Of a stretch of DNA of 64,000 nucleotides, positions 9,415-18,200 are shown piece after piece (positions within the stretch are counted from its first letter, which is position 1; the number at the start of each line of letters is the position of its first letter). The stretch spans positions 42,925 to 106,924 of the forward strand of contig JBAYKX010000001.1 of assembly GCA_041664345.1 (NCBI GenBank), given 5' to 3'. Below the pieces are notes generated by a model, which was not told the DNA's origin, did not search any database, and saw only the letters and a list, made by a program, of their open reading frames with translations. Position numbers and translations under genes: made by a program. This DNA comes from Salinivirgaceae bacterium. GTDB taxonomy: Bacteria > Bacteroidota > Bacteroidia > Bacteroidales > SZUA-534.

Positions 9415-10560
9415 CTATTTTTCAATATTGTAATATTTTAAAAATCTATTGATAAATTGGATATATGTATCAGTAAATACTGCATAGTTGTCTTTTACTA
9501 ACCTAATAAATTTATGCTGATTAACAAACATATTTAATTCTTTCATACTTACAACTTCAGAGGCTTCAAAGGGCTCAGTATTCATGTTTTTAAAAAACCA
9601 TATTCTTTGACTTTCTTGAAATGAATCAAAAATTTTGCGAAATATTAAAAAATCGACTTTTTCTTCATCACTAAATCCTTGTTTCACTACCATATTATTA
9701 CCTATTTTAGTTATGGATTCACCGAAACTAAGATTACTTGAATCAATATCCACTGATTTTATTTCTTTCTCTATTTTATTATGAAAGGAGTTAATCAAAA
9801 CACTGAATATTTTTAGTGCTGCAAAATTTATTTTTATTAAGTCATTCTCATTATCTAGTAATTTCAATTCATATAATACGGTTTGTTCTGCTATACTAAA
9901 ATTTTCTTTCAAAATTTTTTCATCGATATCAATCTTTAATGGGTCAACATAATCACCTAGATTTTGGATTAGCTGATGATTATCTAAAACTTTATTTATT
10001 GTTTGAATATCGAAAAATGTTTCAGATGAATTCTTTTTTAATGAATCATAATTAGACTTTAGCTTTAAATTATCCTCTTCTAAGAAGATTATTTGCTTTG
10101 TGATTTCTTCAATTGTATTATCCCGTTTACTTATTCTTTCTTCTAACTCTTTTATTGAATCGTTTTTTTCTTTGAGTTCTTTTAGGTCACTTTTCCGAAA
10201 TTCTGCTACTTCATTCTGCTTAAAAAGGGTTTCTTTTGAAATTCTTGCTTTCCAATTATTTGCTTCCCTTCTACATAATTCTAGAAAGCTATTTGTTAGT
10301 ATATTCAAAGATGGGATTGCAAGAATGTAACAAGCTGTAGTAATCAATGGCCACCATAGTAAAATACCGCTATTGGTATCAATTGATTTTAGATAATGAA
10401 ACTTATCAGGAAATCCATTGAGGTATTCTTCACTTACAAAAAAAGTAATATAAAAGTACTTCCAGTTCCAACAAATCCAAGCTAAAACAAAAGTGCTGAC
10501 AAAAATATTCCTTAATCTATCTTGTATATTTTCAAATATACTCTTTAAAAAGCCTTCCAT
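9415..10560 (-). CDS. Hypothetical 2-TM N-terminal / long coiled-coil protein (AT-rich islet)
   Basis: 381-aa ORF. Two hydrophobic helices are visible (IFVSTFVLAWICWNWKYFYITFF; GILLWWPLITTACYILAIPSL), followed by a charged heptad-like region (KELKEKNDSIKELEERISKRDNTIEEITKQIIFLEEDNLKLK). I recognise no family. Confidence 0.5.
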   Translation of the reverse strand: MEGFLKSIFENIQDRLRNIFVSTFVLAWICWNWKYFYITFFVSEEYLNGFPDKFHYLKSIDTNSGILLWWPLITTACYILAIPSLNILTNSFLELCRREANNWKARISKETLFKQNEVAEFRKSDLKELKEKNDSIKELEERISKRDNTIEEITKQIIFLEEDNLKLKSNYDSLKKNSSETFFDIQTINKVLDNHQLIQNLGDYVDPLKIDIDEKILKENFSIAEQTVLYELKLLDNENDLIKINFAALKIFSVLINSFHNKIEKEIKSVDIDSSNLSFGESITKIGNNMVVKQGFSDEEKVDFLIFRKIFDSFQESQRIWFFKNMNTEPFEASEVVSMKELNMFVNQHKFIRLVKDNYAVFTDTYIQFINRFLKYYNIEK

Positions 10561-10636
10561 AATTTTATATTTTGTTGGTTTGGATTGGCTAATTTAACAC
10601 TATTTAATTTTGTCCTCCTCATTACAGCATATTGTT

Positions 10637-11245
10637 TTAATAACCTGCGAACTCTCTTAATAATTCAATATAATATTCTGATGACTTTTCATAATATTGA
10701 AATGCATAATCATATGTAAATTCCTTTTGTAAAAACGCATAATTACCTTCTAAATATCTTGTTTCATCAAGTGTATAATAATCCGTTTCTGTTTTTTTTG
10801 TTCCATCTGCAGTACCATATCTATACCGTACTGTGAAACACTTTTGTTTGTTAAACTGATAGTCGTGATGCCAAATTTCTACTAAAGATTTAAGTGTGTC
10901 TAATTCAGCATTACATATTGCTCTTGTTTGATCGCCATTAATTTCACCATCTTGTTGTCTTGAAAAGGCATTAACAATATCTCTTTTAGTTTCCGATGAT
11001 TTTATTGTCAATTGCAATGACAAATGAAATAAATTGCGCATATCGGGGCACGAATCAGGTGTTATACTAACAATTTCAGCATTAGTAAACCTACTTTCCA
11101 GATTTGTTTTGATTAACTTTTTTATTGATGATTCATTAACAGTTTTTGACTCATCAACAGTACTATTATTACCTTTGTCAACTTGAGCACAAGAAGTTAT
11201 GCTTATTAAGATAATAACACATGACAAGGAGTTAATTCTTTTCAT
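10637..11245 (-). CDS. Hypothetical lipoprotein (AT-rich islet)
   Basis: 202-aa ORF with a lipobox-like signal peptide (ILISITSCAQ). I recognise no family. Confidence 0.5.
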   Translation of the reverse strand: MKRINSLSCVIILISITSCAQVDKGNNSTVDESKTVNESSIKKLIKTNLESRFTNAEIVSITPDSCPDMRNLFHLSLQLTIKSSETKRDIVNAFSRQQDGEINGDQTRAICNAELDTLKSLVEIWHHDYQFNKQKCFTVRYRYGTADGTKKTETDYYTLDETRYLEGNYAFLQKEFTYDYAFQYYEKSSEYYIELLREFAGY

Positions 11246-11483
11246 AAATTCATTTTAGGTTTAATTACTTCAAATTCAAAGTTAACCAATTATTGTTTAT
11301 AAAGTAAATTTAACAAAATATTAATCACGTTCAATATACGGATGGTCTAAATCAATAAACCGCTTTTGATAAACGGTAAATGACTCCTCTGAACCATTAA
11401 ATTTAACTATTATTTTATCGATAGATTTAATGTGCATCGTTTGAATTATAATTTTGATGCAATTGGGTGACTTGGTGCCTTAG

Positions 11484-11501
11484 TCCCGATAGCTATCGGG
11501 A
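11484..11501. repeat. 18-nt perfect palindrome TCCCGATAGCTATCGGGA (second copy at 35456-35473)
   Basis: The identical 18-mer occurs inside hairpin 2 of the composite repeat at 35.4 kb. Flanking bases (gacttgg) are also shared. Confidence 0.7.
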
Positions 11502-11549
11502 TTTCTTTGTTTATGGTTTTCGGAGTGAATTCAAACAATGGATGAAAAA

Positions 11550-11840
11550 TCAAGCTGTTTTTTTAGTTCTTAACAAAGCCAAATTATATTCTGTCTGCAA
11601 GCGCATCCAGAATTCGGCACTTATGCCAAGGACTCCTTCGATTTTCAGGGCGGTTTCTTCCCCAATATTGCGTTTACCGTTCAAAATGTCGCTAATATGG
11701 CTTGGATATATCTGAAGCAACATGGCAAATTTTGATTTTTTAATGCCCCTGGCTTCAATTTCCATCGAAAGGACTTCTCCTGGGTGTAACAGAACATCTG
11801 TTTTAACCTCTTTTTCATCTGCACCAATAACCGTGTACAT
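11550..11840 (-). CDS. higA: HigA-family antitoxin (XRE-type HTH)
   Basis: LHPGEVLSMEIEARGIKKSKFAMLLQIYPSHISDILNGKRNIGEETALKIEGVLGISAEFWMRLQTEYNL is the HigA/VapI pattern. The start is placed at the internal Met (MYTVIG) to avoid overlapping higB. Confidence 0.8.
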   Translation of the reverse strand: MYTVIGADEKEVKTDVLLHPGEVLSMEIEARGIKKSKFAMLLQIYPSHISDILNGKRNIGEETALKIEGVLGISAEFWMRLQTEYNLALLRTKKTA

Positions 11841-11868
11841 TTTATGAGTAATAATAAGTTTAAAATAT

Positions 11869-12171
11869 TTATTGGTAGTGTTTAGAAAGTTCCTCGATAT
11901 GTACAATCTCGATTACATCTTTAGTAATACGAAACTCTAACCGATAACTCTTATCAACTCTGACCGAAAAAAAACCTGATTTTTCTCCCTTTAATGATTC
12001 AAAGTTCAGGCCACGAAACTTAGACAATTCAACGGTATTGGAAACGTTTTTAAGTATCAACACCGTCTTTTTAAATTTTGTTATTACAGCATCGCTGTAT
12101 TTGGGTTTACCTTTTTGTGATTCCCCCGTATAGAGCTTTTCAAGGTACTGGCTTTCGAATTTTATAACCAT
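11869..12171 (-). CDS. higB: HigB-like (plasmid maintenance system killer, RelE/ParE fold) toxin
   Basis: 100-aa ORF directly upstream of higA, i.e. toxin-first order. It reads ...FRGLNFESLKGEKSGFFSVRVDKSYRLEFRI..., typical of the HigB family. Confidence 0.7.
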   Translation of the reverse strand: MVIKFESQYLEKLYTGESQKGKPKYSDAVITKFKKTVLILKNVSNTVELSKFRGLNFESLKGEKSGFFSVRVDKSYRLEFRITKDVIEIVHIEELSKHYQ

Positions 12172-12224
12172 TTCAAGAAATAGTAGATTTAGGACGAATT
12201 ACATACCACAAATATAGTAATAAA

Positions 12225-12253
12225 TTTTTATTACCATTAGATGGTAATAAAAA
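12225..12253. promoter_or_regulatory. 13-bp perfect inverted repeat upstream of higB (candidate HigBA operator)
   Basis: TTTTTATTACCAT-tag-ATGGTAATAAAAA lies 54-82 bp upstream of the higB start codon. Confidence 0.4.
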
Positions 12254-12407
12254 TAGAATTATCGTTTAAGTTATTAAAGTTTTCAACGATAGTTTTACCA
12301 TTAAATATAATTTTAAGCATTTCTTCCTATCAGGAACAGTTATTTTATTAAATTTGACCAGTACCTAATCCAAATCATGAAAATTATTCCTGTTTAAAAA
12401 TATTTGA

Positions 12408-13946
12408 ATGTTAGTAAAAACCTACGGAAGCGCTGTTTTTGGAATTAATGCCACCACCATAACCGTTGAAGTGAATATTTCAATTGGGGTTGCTTTCCAT
12501 TTGGTTGGTTTGCCCGATAGCGCCGTAAAAGAAAGCCAGCAGCGGATTAATGCCGCGCTTAAAAATAATGGTATTGAATTACCGGGCAAAAAAATTGTCA
12601 TCAATATGGCGCCAGCCGACATCCGCAAAGAAGGCTCGGCGTACGATCTTACTTTGGCGGTTGGCATGATGGCCGCTTCAGGGCTGGTGTTGTCGGAGGA
12701 GCTTGAAAAATACATCATTATGGGCGAACTCTCGCTCGATGGCAGCCTTAACCCCATAAAAGGAGTGCTGCCCATTGCCATAAAAGCACGCGAGGAGGGC
12801 TTTATTGGTTTTATTTTACCCAAGCAAAATGCCCGCGAAGCTGCGGTGGTAAATAACCTCGATGTAATTGGTGTTGAAAACATTACCCAAGTGGTTGATT
12901 TCCTGAACGGAAAATTGAAAATAGAACCCACCATAGTAAATACCCGAGAGGAATTTTATGCGGGCCTTGAGCACTATGAAACCGATTTTTCCGATGTGCG
13001 TGGGCAGGAAAACGTAAAGCGGGCCATGGAAATAGCCGCAGCCGGCGGTCATAACATTATCATGATTGGGCCTCCCGGTGCCGGAAAAACCATGTTGGCC
13101 AAACGGATTGCCTCCATCCTTCCGCCGTTTACCTTGCAGGAAGCGTTGGAAACCACCAAGATTCATTCCGTTGCCGGGAAAATTGACAACCACACCGCCC
13201 TAATGACCACCAGGCCTTTTCGCAGCCCGCACCATACAATTTCTGACGTTGCTTTAGTTGGCGGAGGCACGTATCCGCAACCCGGTGAAATTTCGCTGGC
13301 CCATAACGGCGTATTGTTTTTAGATGAATTGCCTGAATTTCAGCGCACGGTATTGGAAGTAATGCGTCAACCGCTTGAGGATAGGGTGATTACCATTTCG
13401 CGGGCCAAATTCTCGGTGGAGTATCCGGCCAGTTTTATGCTGGTGGCCAGCATGAACCCTTGTCCCTGTGGATATTATAACCATCCCGAGAAAGATTGTG
13501 TTTGCTCATCTGGAATCCGGCAAAAGTATTTGAATAAGATTTCGGGCCCCCTGCTCGACCGGATTGACATCCATATTGAAGTGGTGCCTGTACCGTTTGA
13601 GAAACTCTCAGGGAAAGAAGCCCTGGAAAGCAGTCATGCCATCAGGGAACGGGTAACTAAAGCCCGGGAAACCCAAATGGAACGATTTAAGGACTTGACC
13701 GGCATTCACAACAATGCACAAATGAGCACCCGACTTATCCGCAAGTATTGCCAATTAGACGCCACCGGTTCGCAATTGATAAAAACAGCCATGGAAAAAG
13801 TGGGTCTTTCGGCACGGGCTTACGATCGTATTTTAAAGGTTTCGCGCACTATTGCTGATTTGGAAGGTAGCGAATCGATTCAGCCGCATCACTTGGCCGA
13901 AGCTATCCAATACCGAAGTTTGGACCGGGATAATTGGGGAAGTTGA
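12408..13946 (+). CDS. comM: YifB/ComM family Mg-chelatase-like AAA+ ATPase
   Basis: 512-aa ORF with an N-terminal Lon-protease-like domain, Walker A GPPGAGKT, Walker B GVLFLDELPEF and a C-terminal ChlI-like region (ARAYDRILKVSRTIADLEG). Confidence 0.9.
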   Translation: MLVKTYGSAVFGINATTITVEVNISIGVAFHLVGLPDSAVKESQQRINAALKNNGIELPGKKIVINMAPADIRKEGSAYDLTLAVGMMAASGLVLSEELEKYIIMGELSLDGSLNPIKGVLPIAIKAREEGFIGFILPKQNAREAAVVNNLDVIGVENITQVVDFLNGKLKIEPTIVNTREEFYAGLEHYETDFSDVRGQENVKRAMEIAAAGGHNIIMIGPPGAGKTMLAKRIASILPPFTLQEALETTKIHSVAGKIDNHTALMTTRPFRSPHHTISDVALVGGGTYPQPGEISLAHNGVLFLDELPEFQRTVLEVMRQPLEDRVITISRAKFSVEYPASFMLVASMNPCPCGYYNHPEKDCVCSSGIRQKYLNKISGPLLDRIDIHIEVVPVPFEKLSGKEALESSHAIRERVTKARETQMERFKDLTGIHNNAQMSTRLIRKYCQLDATGSQLIKTAMEKVGLSARAYDRILKVSRTIADLEGSESIQPHHLAEAIQYRSLDRDNWGS

Positions 13947-13948
13947 AA

Positions 13949-13997
13949 TTTCAATTATCAATTGTCAATTAGCAATGAGTAATTAACAATGAGTAAA
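13949..13997. repeat. Degenerate heptamer tandem array (7 units, NNNCAAT type)
   Basis: TTTCAAT TATCAAT TGTCAAT TAGCAAT GAGTAAT TAACAAT GAGTAAA, starting 3 nt after the comM stop codon. Confidence 0.75.
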
Positions 13998-14104
13998 TCA
14001 AGAACTTACTATGAGTATAATGCTTTAGTGGGTTTTCAAAAAAAAGGGTTACTAATCCATACCAATATATTGACGGCAACTACAAAAACATTGATCAATG
14101 AAAC

Positions 14105-15247
14105 GTGCTAAAGCTTGGCATTTCTTATTTTTACGTTTTTAAAACAAACCTTTTGAAAATAAAAGTTTCCATAATTTCACTCATTGTACCATTCAGCTTT
14201 TGGTGCAGTTGGGTTACCGCTCAAACAGCACCCAAATATTCGAATGAATTTTTGAGTATTGGGGTTGGAGCCCGTTCGTTTGCCATGTCGAATACTTCCG
14301 TTGCTTCCGTTTCCGGGATTACTTCTGTTTACTGGAATCCTGCGGCATTGGTTACGTTAAGCAAATCGGTAAATTTGGGGTTAATGCATTCTGAATATTT
14401 TGCGGGCTTGTCGCAATACGATTTTGGTGCTATTGCCTTTAAATCGGATGAAAACTCGAGCTTTGGCATTTCCTTTATCCGGTTTGGGGTTGACAATATA
14501 CCAAATACATTGGCATTGATTGATAGAGATGGAAATATCCGGTTCGACCGTATTCAGCCGTTTTCAATTGCCGACTATGCAGTAACTTTTACTTATGCCC
14601 GGCAATTAGCTATTAAAGGGTTGAGCGTAGGAGGGAATGCCAAAATAATTCGCCGTATTGGGGGCGATTTTGCCAGTGCCTGGGGTTTTGGTGTTGATTT
14701 GGCGGCTCATTACCAGTTTAACCTTTGGCAATTCGGTATTATGGCCCGCGACATTACAACCACTATAAATTCATGGACTTTTTATACCGAAAATCTGGAG
14801 GAAGTTTTTAAAATGACCGGAAATGTTATTCCTACCAGCAGCACTGAAATAACCTTGCCCCGATTTATTTTAGGAGCAGCCAGAACCTTCAATTTTGGAA
14901 AAAAATGGGGTGCTTTGGCAGAAATAAATTTAGACCTTTCTACCGATGGTAAACGAAATGTTTTGTTGAAAGGCGATCCGTTTAGTATTGATCCTCATTT
15001 GGGAGTTGAATTCCACTACCAGAAACTAATATTTTTGCGGGCCGGAATTGGCAATATTCAGCAGGAATACGAAGGGGGTAAACATACCACCTTACAACCT
15101 AATATGGGCATTGGTATAAGCTATCGGGATTTTTCGGTCGATTATGCGTTAACCGATTTGGGAAATCTTTCGGCAGCGGGATACTCCCATGTTTTTAGCC
15201 TTACTTATAGTTTCGATAAAACAAAAGGAAACCAGCCTAAGCTTTAA
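14105..15247 (+). CDS. PorV/PorQ-like (FadL-fold) T9SS-associated outer-membrane beta-barrel protein
   Basis: The ORF opens at a GTG. A likelier start is the TTG at 14153, which gives the signal peptide MKIKVSIISLIVPFSFWCSWVTAQ. The N-terminal motif GVGARSFAMSNTSVASVSGITSVYWNPAAL is typical of the PorV/PorQ/FadL-like family. The C-terminus shows an aromatic-rich beta pattern. The gene is adjacent to a C25/PorU-like gene. Confidence 0.6.
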   Translation: MLKLGISYFYVFKTNLLKIKVSIISLIVPFSFWCSWVTAQTAPKYSNEFLSIGVGARSFAMSNTSVASVSGITSVYWNPAALVTLSKSVNLGLMHSEYFAGLSQYDFGAIAFKSDENSSFGISFIRFGVDNIPNTLALIDRDGNIRFDRIQPFSIADYAVTFTYARQLAIKGLSVGGNAKIIRRIGGDFASAWGFGVDLAAHYQFNLWQFGIMARDITTTINSWTFYTENLEEVFKMTGNVIPTSSTEITLPRFILGAARTFNFGKKWGALAEINLDLSTDGKRNVLLKGDPFSIDPHLGVEFHYQKLIFLRAGIGNIQQEYEGGKHTTLQPNMGIGISYRDFSVDYALTDLGNLSAAGYSHVFSLTYSFDKTKGNQPKL

Positions 15248-15251
15248 AAGT

Positions 15252-18200
15252 ATGCAACCATCCATAAATATAATTCTAAAACGAATCCTTGTTGTTTTGC
15301 TCTATTTCAGCACGAGTATTTCAATGGCTCAAAACTATGGCAACGAATGGATAGCAATGAATCAAACGTATTATCGGTTCAGCATTCCCACAACTGGTAT
15401 TTATCACATTACCCTGCAACAATTGCAGCAAGCGGGAGTGCCTGTAAACAGTAATAATCCGCAGAATATTCAGCTTTTTTACAACGGACAGGAAATACCT
15501 TGTTACATAAAAGGTGAAAGTACCGGACTGCTTGAATACATTGAGTTTTTTGCTCAAAAAAATACTGGCTGGTTTGATGTAGAAATATACGATAAACCGG
15601 AAAATCAGACCAACCCTTACTATAGCATGATTACTGATACGGCAGCGGTTTTTATAACCTGGAATAGCAGCTTTAGTAATCGCCGCATGACCTTAGAAAC
15701 GGATCAGAATTTTACAGGGTATTCCGCAGCACCGTATTGTCGATACCAATCGCTGGTTCAATATACAGGGAGATACTTTGAATCGTGGCCCGATTGTCAA
15801 TATACTGAGGCCGAAGGCTGGGCCGATAATAATGCAATTAGCCTTGGAAACACAGTAACGAAAAATATTTCCACGCCGAAATGTGTGGCAAACGGTTCTC
15901 CCGTATCTATAGATTGGTCATTACTTACATACTCTGTTAATTCGCATCACCTAAAAATAACAGGGCCAGACTTTATTACCGATACTATTTTCAGTACTTA
16001 CAAAACCATTAAAAAAAGCTATTCATTGACTAATATTACGCTCAGCAGTCAAACTCCCATTAATTTTGAAAGCATTAACGATGTGAACGCGCTTACTGAT
16101 TATTCTGCGGTTTCATATATCTCTATTACTTATCCCCGCTCGTTTGCCAACATTACTGAAAACAGTTTTTTATTCAGCCTTCCAGCCTCGCCTTCAAGAA
16201 AAACCTACCTGGAGTTTCCGGGCTTGAGTTCGGGTAATTATTCGCTTTTTGATGTGTCGCGGGGAATCAAAATTTCAGTTATTTCGGAAGGTGGATTGCA
16301 CAAATCCTTGGTTCCTGCATCGGCCAATGAAATTCAACTCGTACTGGTTAAGAACGAAGGATTGTTACTACCTACCCAAATTCGTTTGTCGGTAATGGTG
16401 AACCACGCTTCAAAAAATAAGCAACATCTCATTTTAAGCCATCCAAAGCTTTGGGTGCAAGCTGAGGAATATGCCAATTATAGGCAGGCTTACCTCATAA
16501 ACGCCGAATATTTGTACGACCAGTTTGGTTATGGCATCCGCAAACACCCAATAGCTATCAGGTATTTCCTGCGGTACATTGTTTCCAACTGGACTACCTT
16601 GCCTACTGATTTGTTCATTATTGGTAAAGGGGTGAATATAGGGCCAAGAGAATCGAATAGTATAGTAGAAACAAGAAATAATCCAGCAGCATTCAATGCC
16701 AGTTTGGTTCCGTCGATGGGTTATACAGCCAGCGATGAATTACTGGGTATGGGAGTGAAAGGAACCAGGTTGGAATCATTTATACCCATCGGAAGGTTGG
16801 CCGCACAAAATGGCAGTCAGGTAAGTAACTATTTGGAAAAAGTTCAACAGTTTGAACAGAATGAACCGGCGGAATGGATGAAACACCTGATTCATTTTGG
16901 TGGAGGCATAAATAACAGCGAACAAAACCTATTCGAAGATTACTTAAATTCATACCGGTTAATTGCCAACGACACCTTATTTGGAGGGTATGTTTCCACC
17001 TTTTTAAAAAAATCGTCCGATCCCATTACCATTTCAAGAAATGATAGCATAACCGGATTAGTAAATAATGGAGTTAGCCTGATGACCTTTTTTGGTCACG
17101 GTTCCGCTAGCGGATTTGACCAAAACATTGATGATCCATCGGCTTACCAAAATCAAGGTAAATATCCTTTGATGTTAGCCAATTCCTGCTACTCGGGCGA
17201 TATCCATTTATACAGTCAATACAGCACAAGCGAAAATTGGGTATTTATCCCTGAAAAAGGGGCTATCGGTTTTTTAGCCATGGTAGGACAAGGTTATCCT
17301 TCCTATTTAAATATGTTTACTACCCAATTTTACCGGCAATTAAGCAGTCTATCGTATGGCAAACCCATTGGCAGTATCATTAATGAGGCAAAAAAAGCCA
17401 TGCAGGTAAATGCTACTTTGGGTCATATTTTTAACGAAACCGTTCACTCATTTACGCTGCATGGTGATCCTGCGGTGGTATTGAATAGTTTTCCTTTGCC
17501 CGATTTGAGCATGATTCCCGAGCAGGTTTTCTTCACACCGGCGAATATTACCACAGAACAGGATTCGTTTTACATAAATGTGGTACCTGTTAATATTAGC
17601 AGGACAAGTTCTCAACCTTTTATTATTGATGTGCAACGCACCTTTCAGGATGGCGGTTCTGCGAATTATCAGGCGGTTGTTAATGGCCTCTTTTATAAAG
17701 ATACCGTTAGGATTAAATTACCGGTTGATTTTATTAAAGGACAAGGGTTGAATGAATTTTTTATCCGGTTAGATGTCCAAAACCAATGGGAAGAGTTGAG
17801 CGAATTGAACAATACAGCATCAGTAAATACCTTTATTTCGAGCTCCGATATTATTCCGGTAATTCCTTATGAGTACAGCGTTTATCCACTTACCAACCCA
17901 ATACTAAAAGCCAGTACCGGCAATGCTTTAAGCGTTGAACAAACCAGCATTTTTGAGATAGATACTACCCAGCTTTTTAACAGCCCATTGCTTATTAGCC
18001 AGGAAATAACTCATTCCGGAGGTGTGGTAGAATGGCAACCCGGCATTAGTTTTAACCAACAAACTCCTTATTTTTGGAGGGCTGGCAAAAAAAATACCAG
18101 TGAACCCATGAAATGGTCAACCAGCTCGTTTGCGGTTGAAGCGGGTAAAAGCGGTTGGCAGCAAAAAAATATGGGTCAATTAGTAGCGAATCAATACAAA

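Noticed and set aside
11321-11437. 38-codon ORF (MHIKSIDKIIVKFNGSEESFTVYQKRFIDLDHPYIERD) between the lipoprotein gene and higA.
   Set aside because: It is too short, has no recognisable motif and is AT-rich, so chance ORFs are expected here. It is mentioned only as part of the islet.
9223-12407. Prophage, ICE or IS origin for the AT-rich islet; comM as an integration target.
   Set aside because: No integrase, transposase, recombinase or phage structural genes are present, I could identify no flanking direct repeats by eye, and comM is intact.
12422-13193. Long antisense ORFs inside comM (170 aa and 125 aa). Similar shadow ORFs lie inside the SNF2 gene (32360-32776), nrdJ (38308-38703), the ZIP gene (49437-49754), aspA (63286-63714) and many others in the track.
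   Set aside because: They lie entirely within, and antisense or out of frame to, genes with unambiguous family signatures. Their translations show no recognisable motifs and have biased, low-complexity composition.
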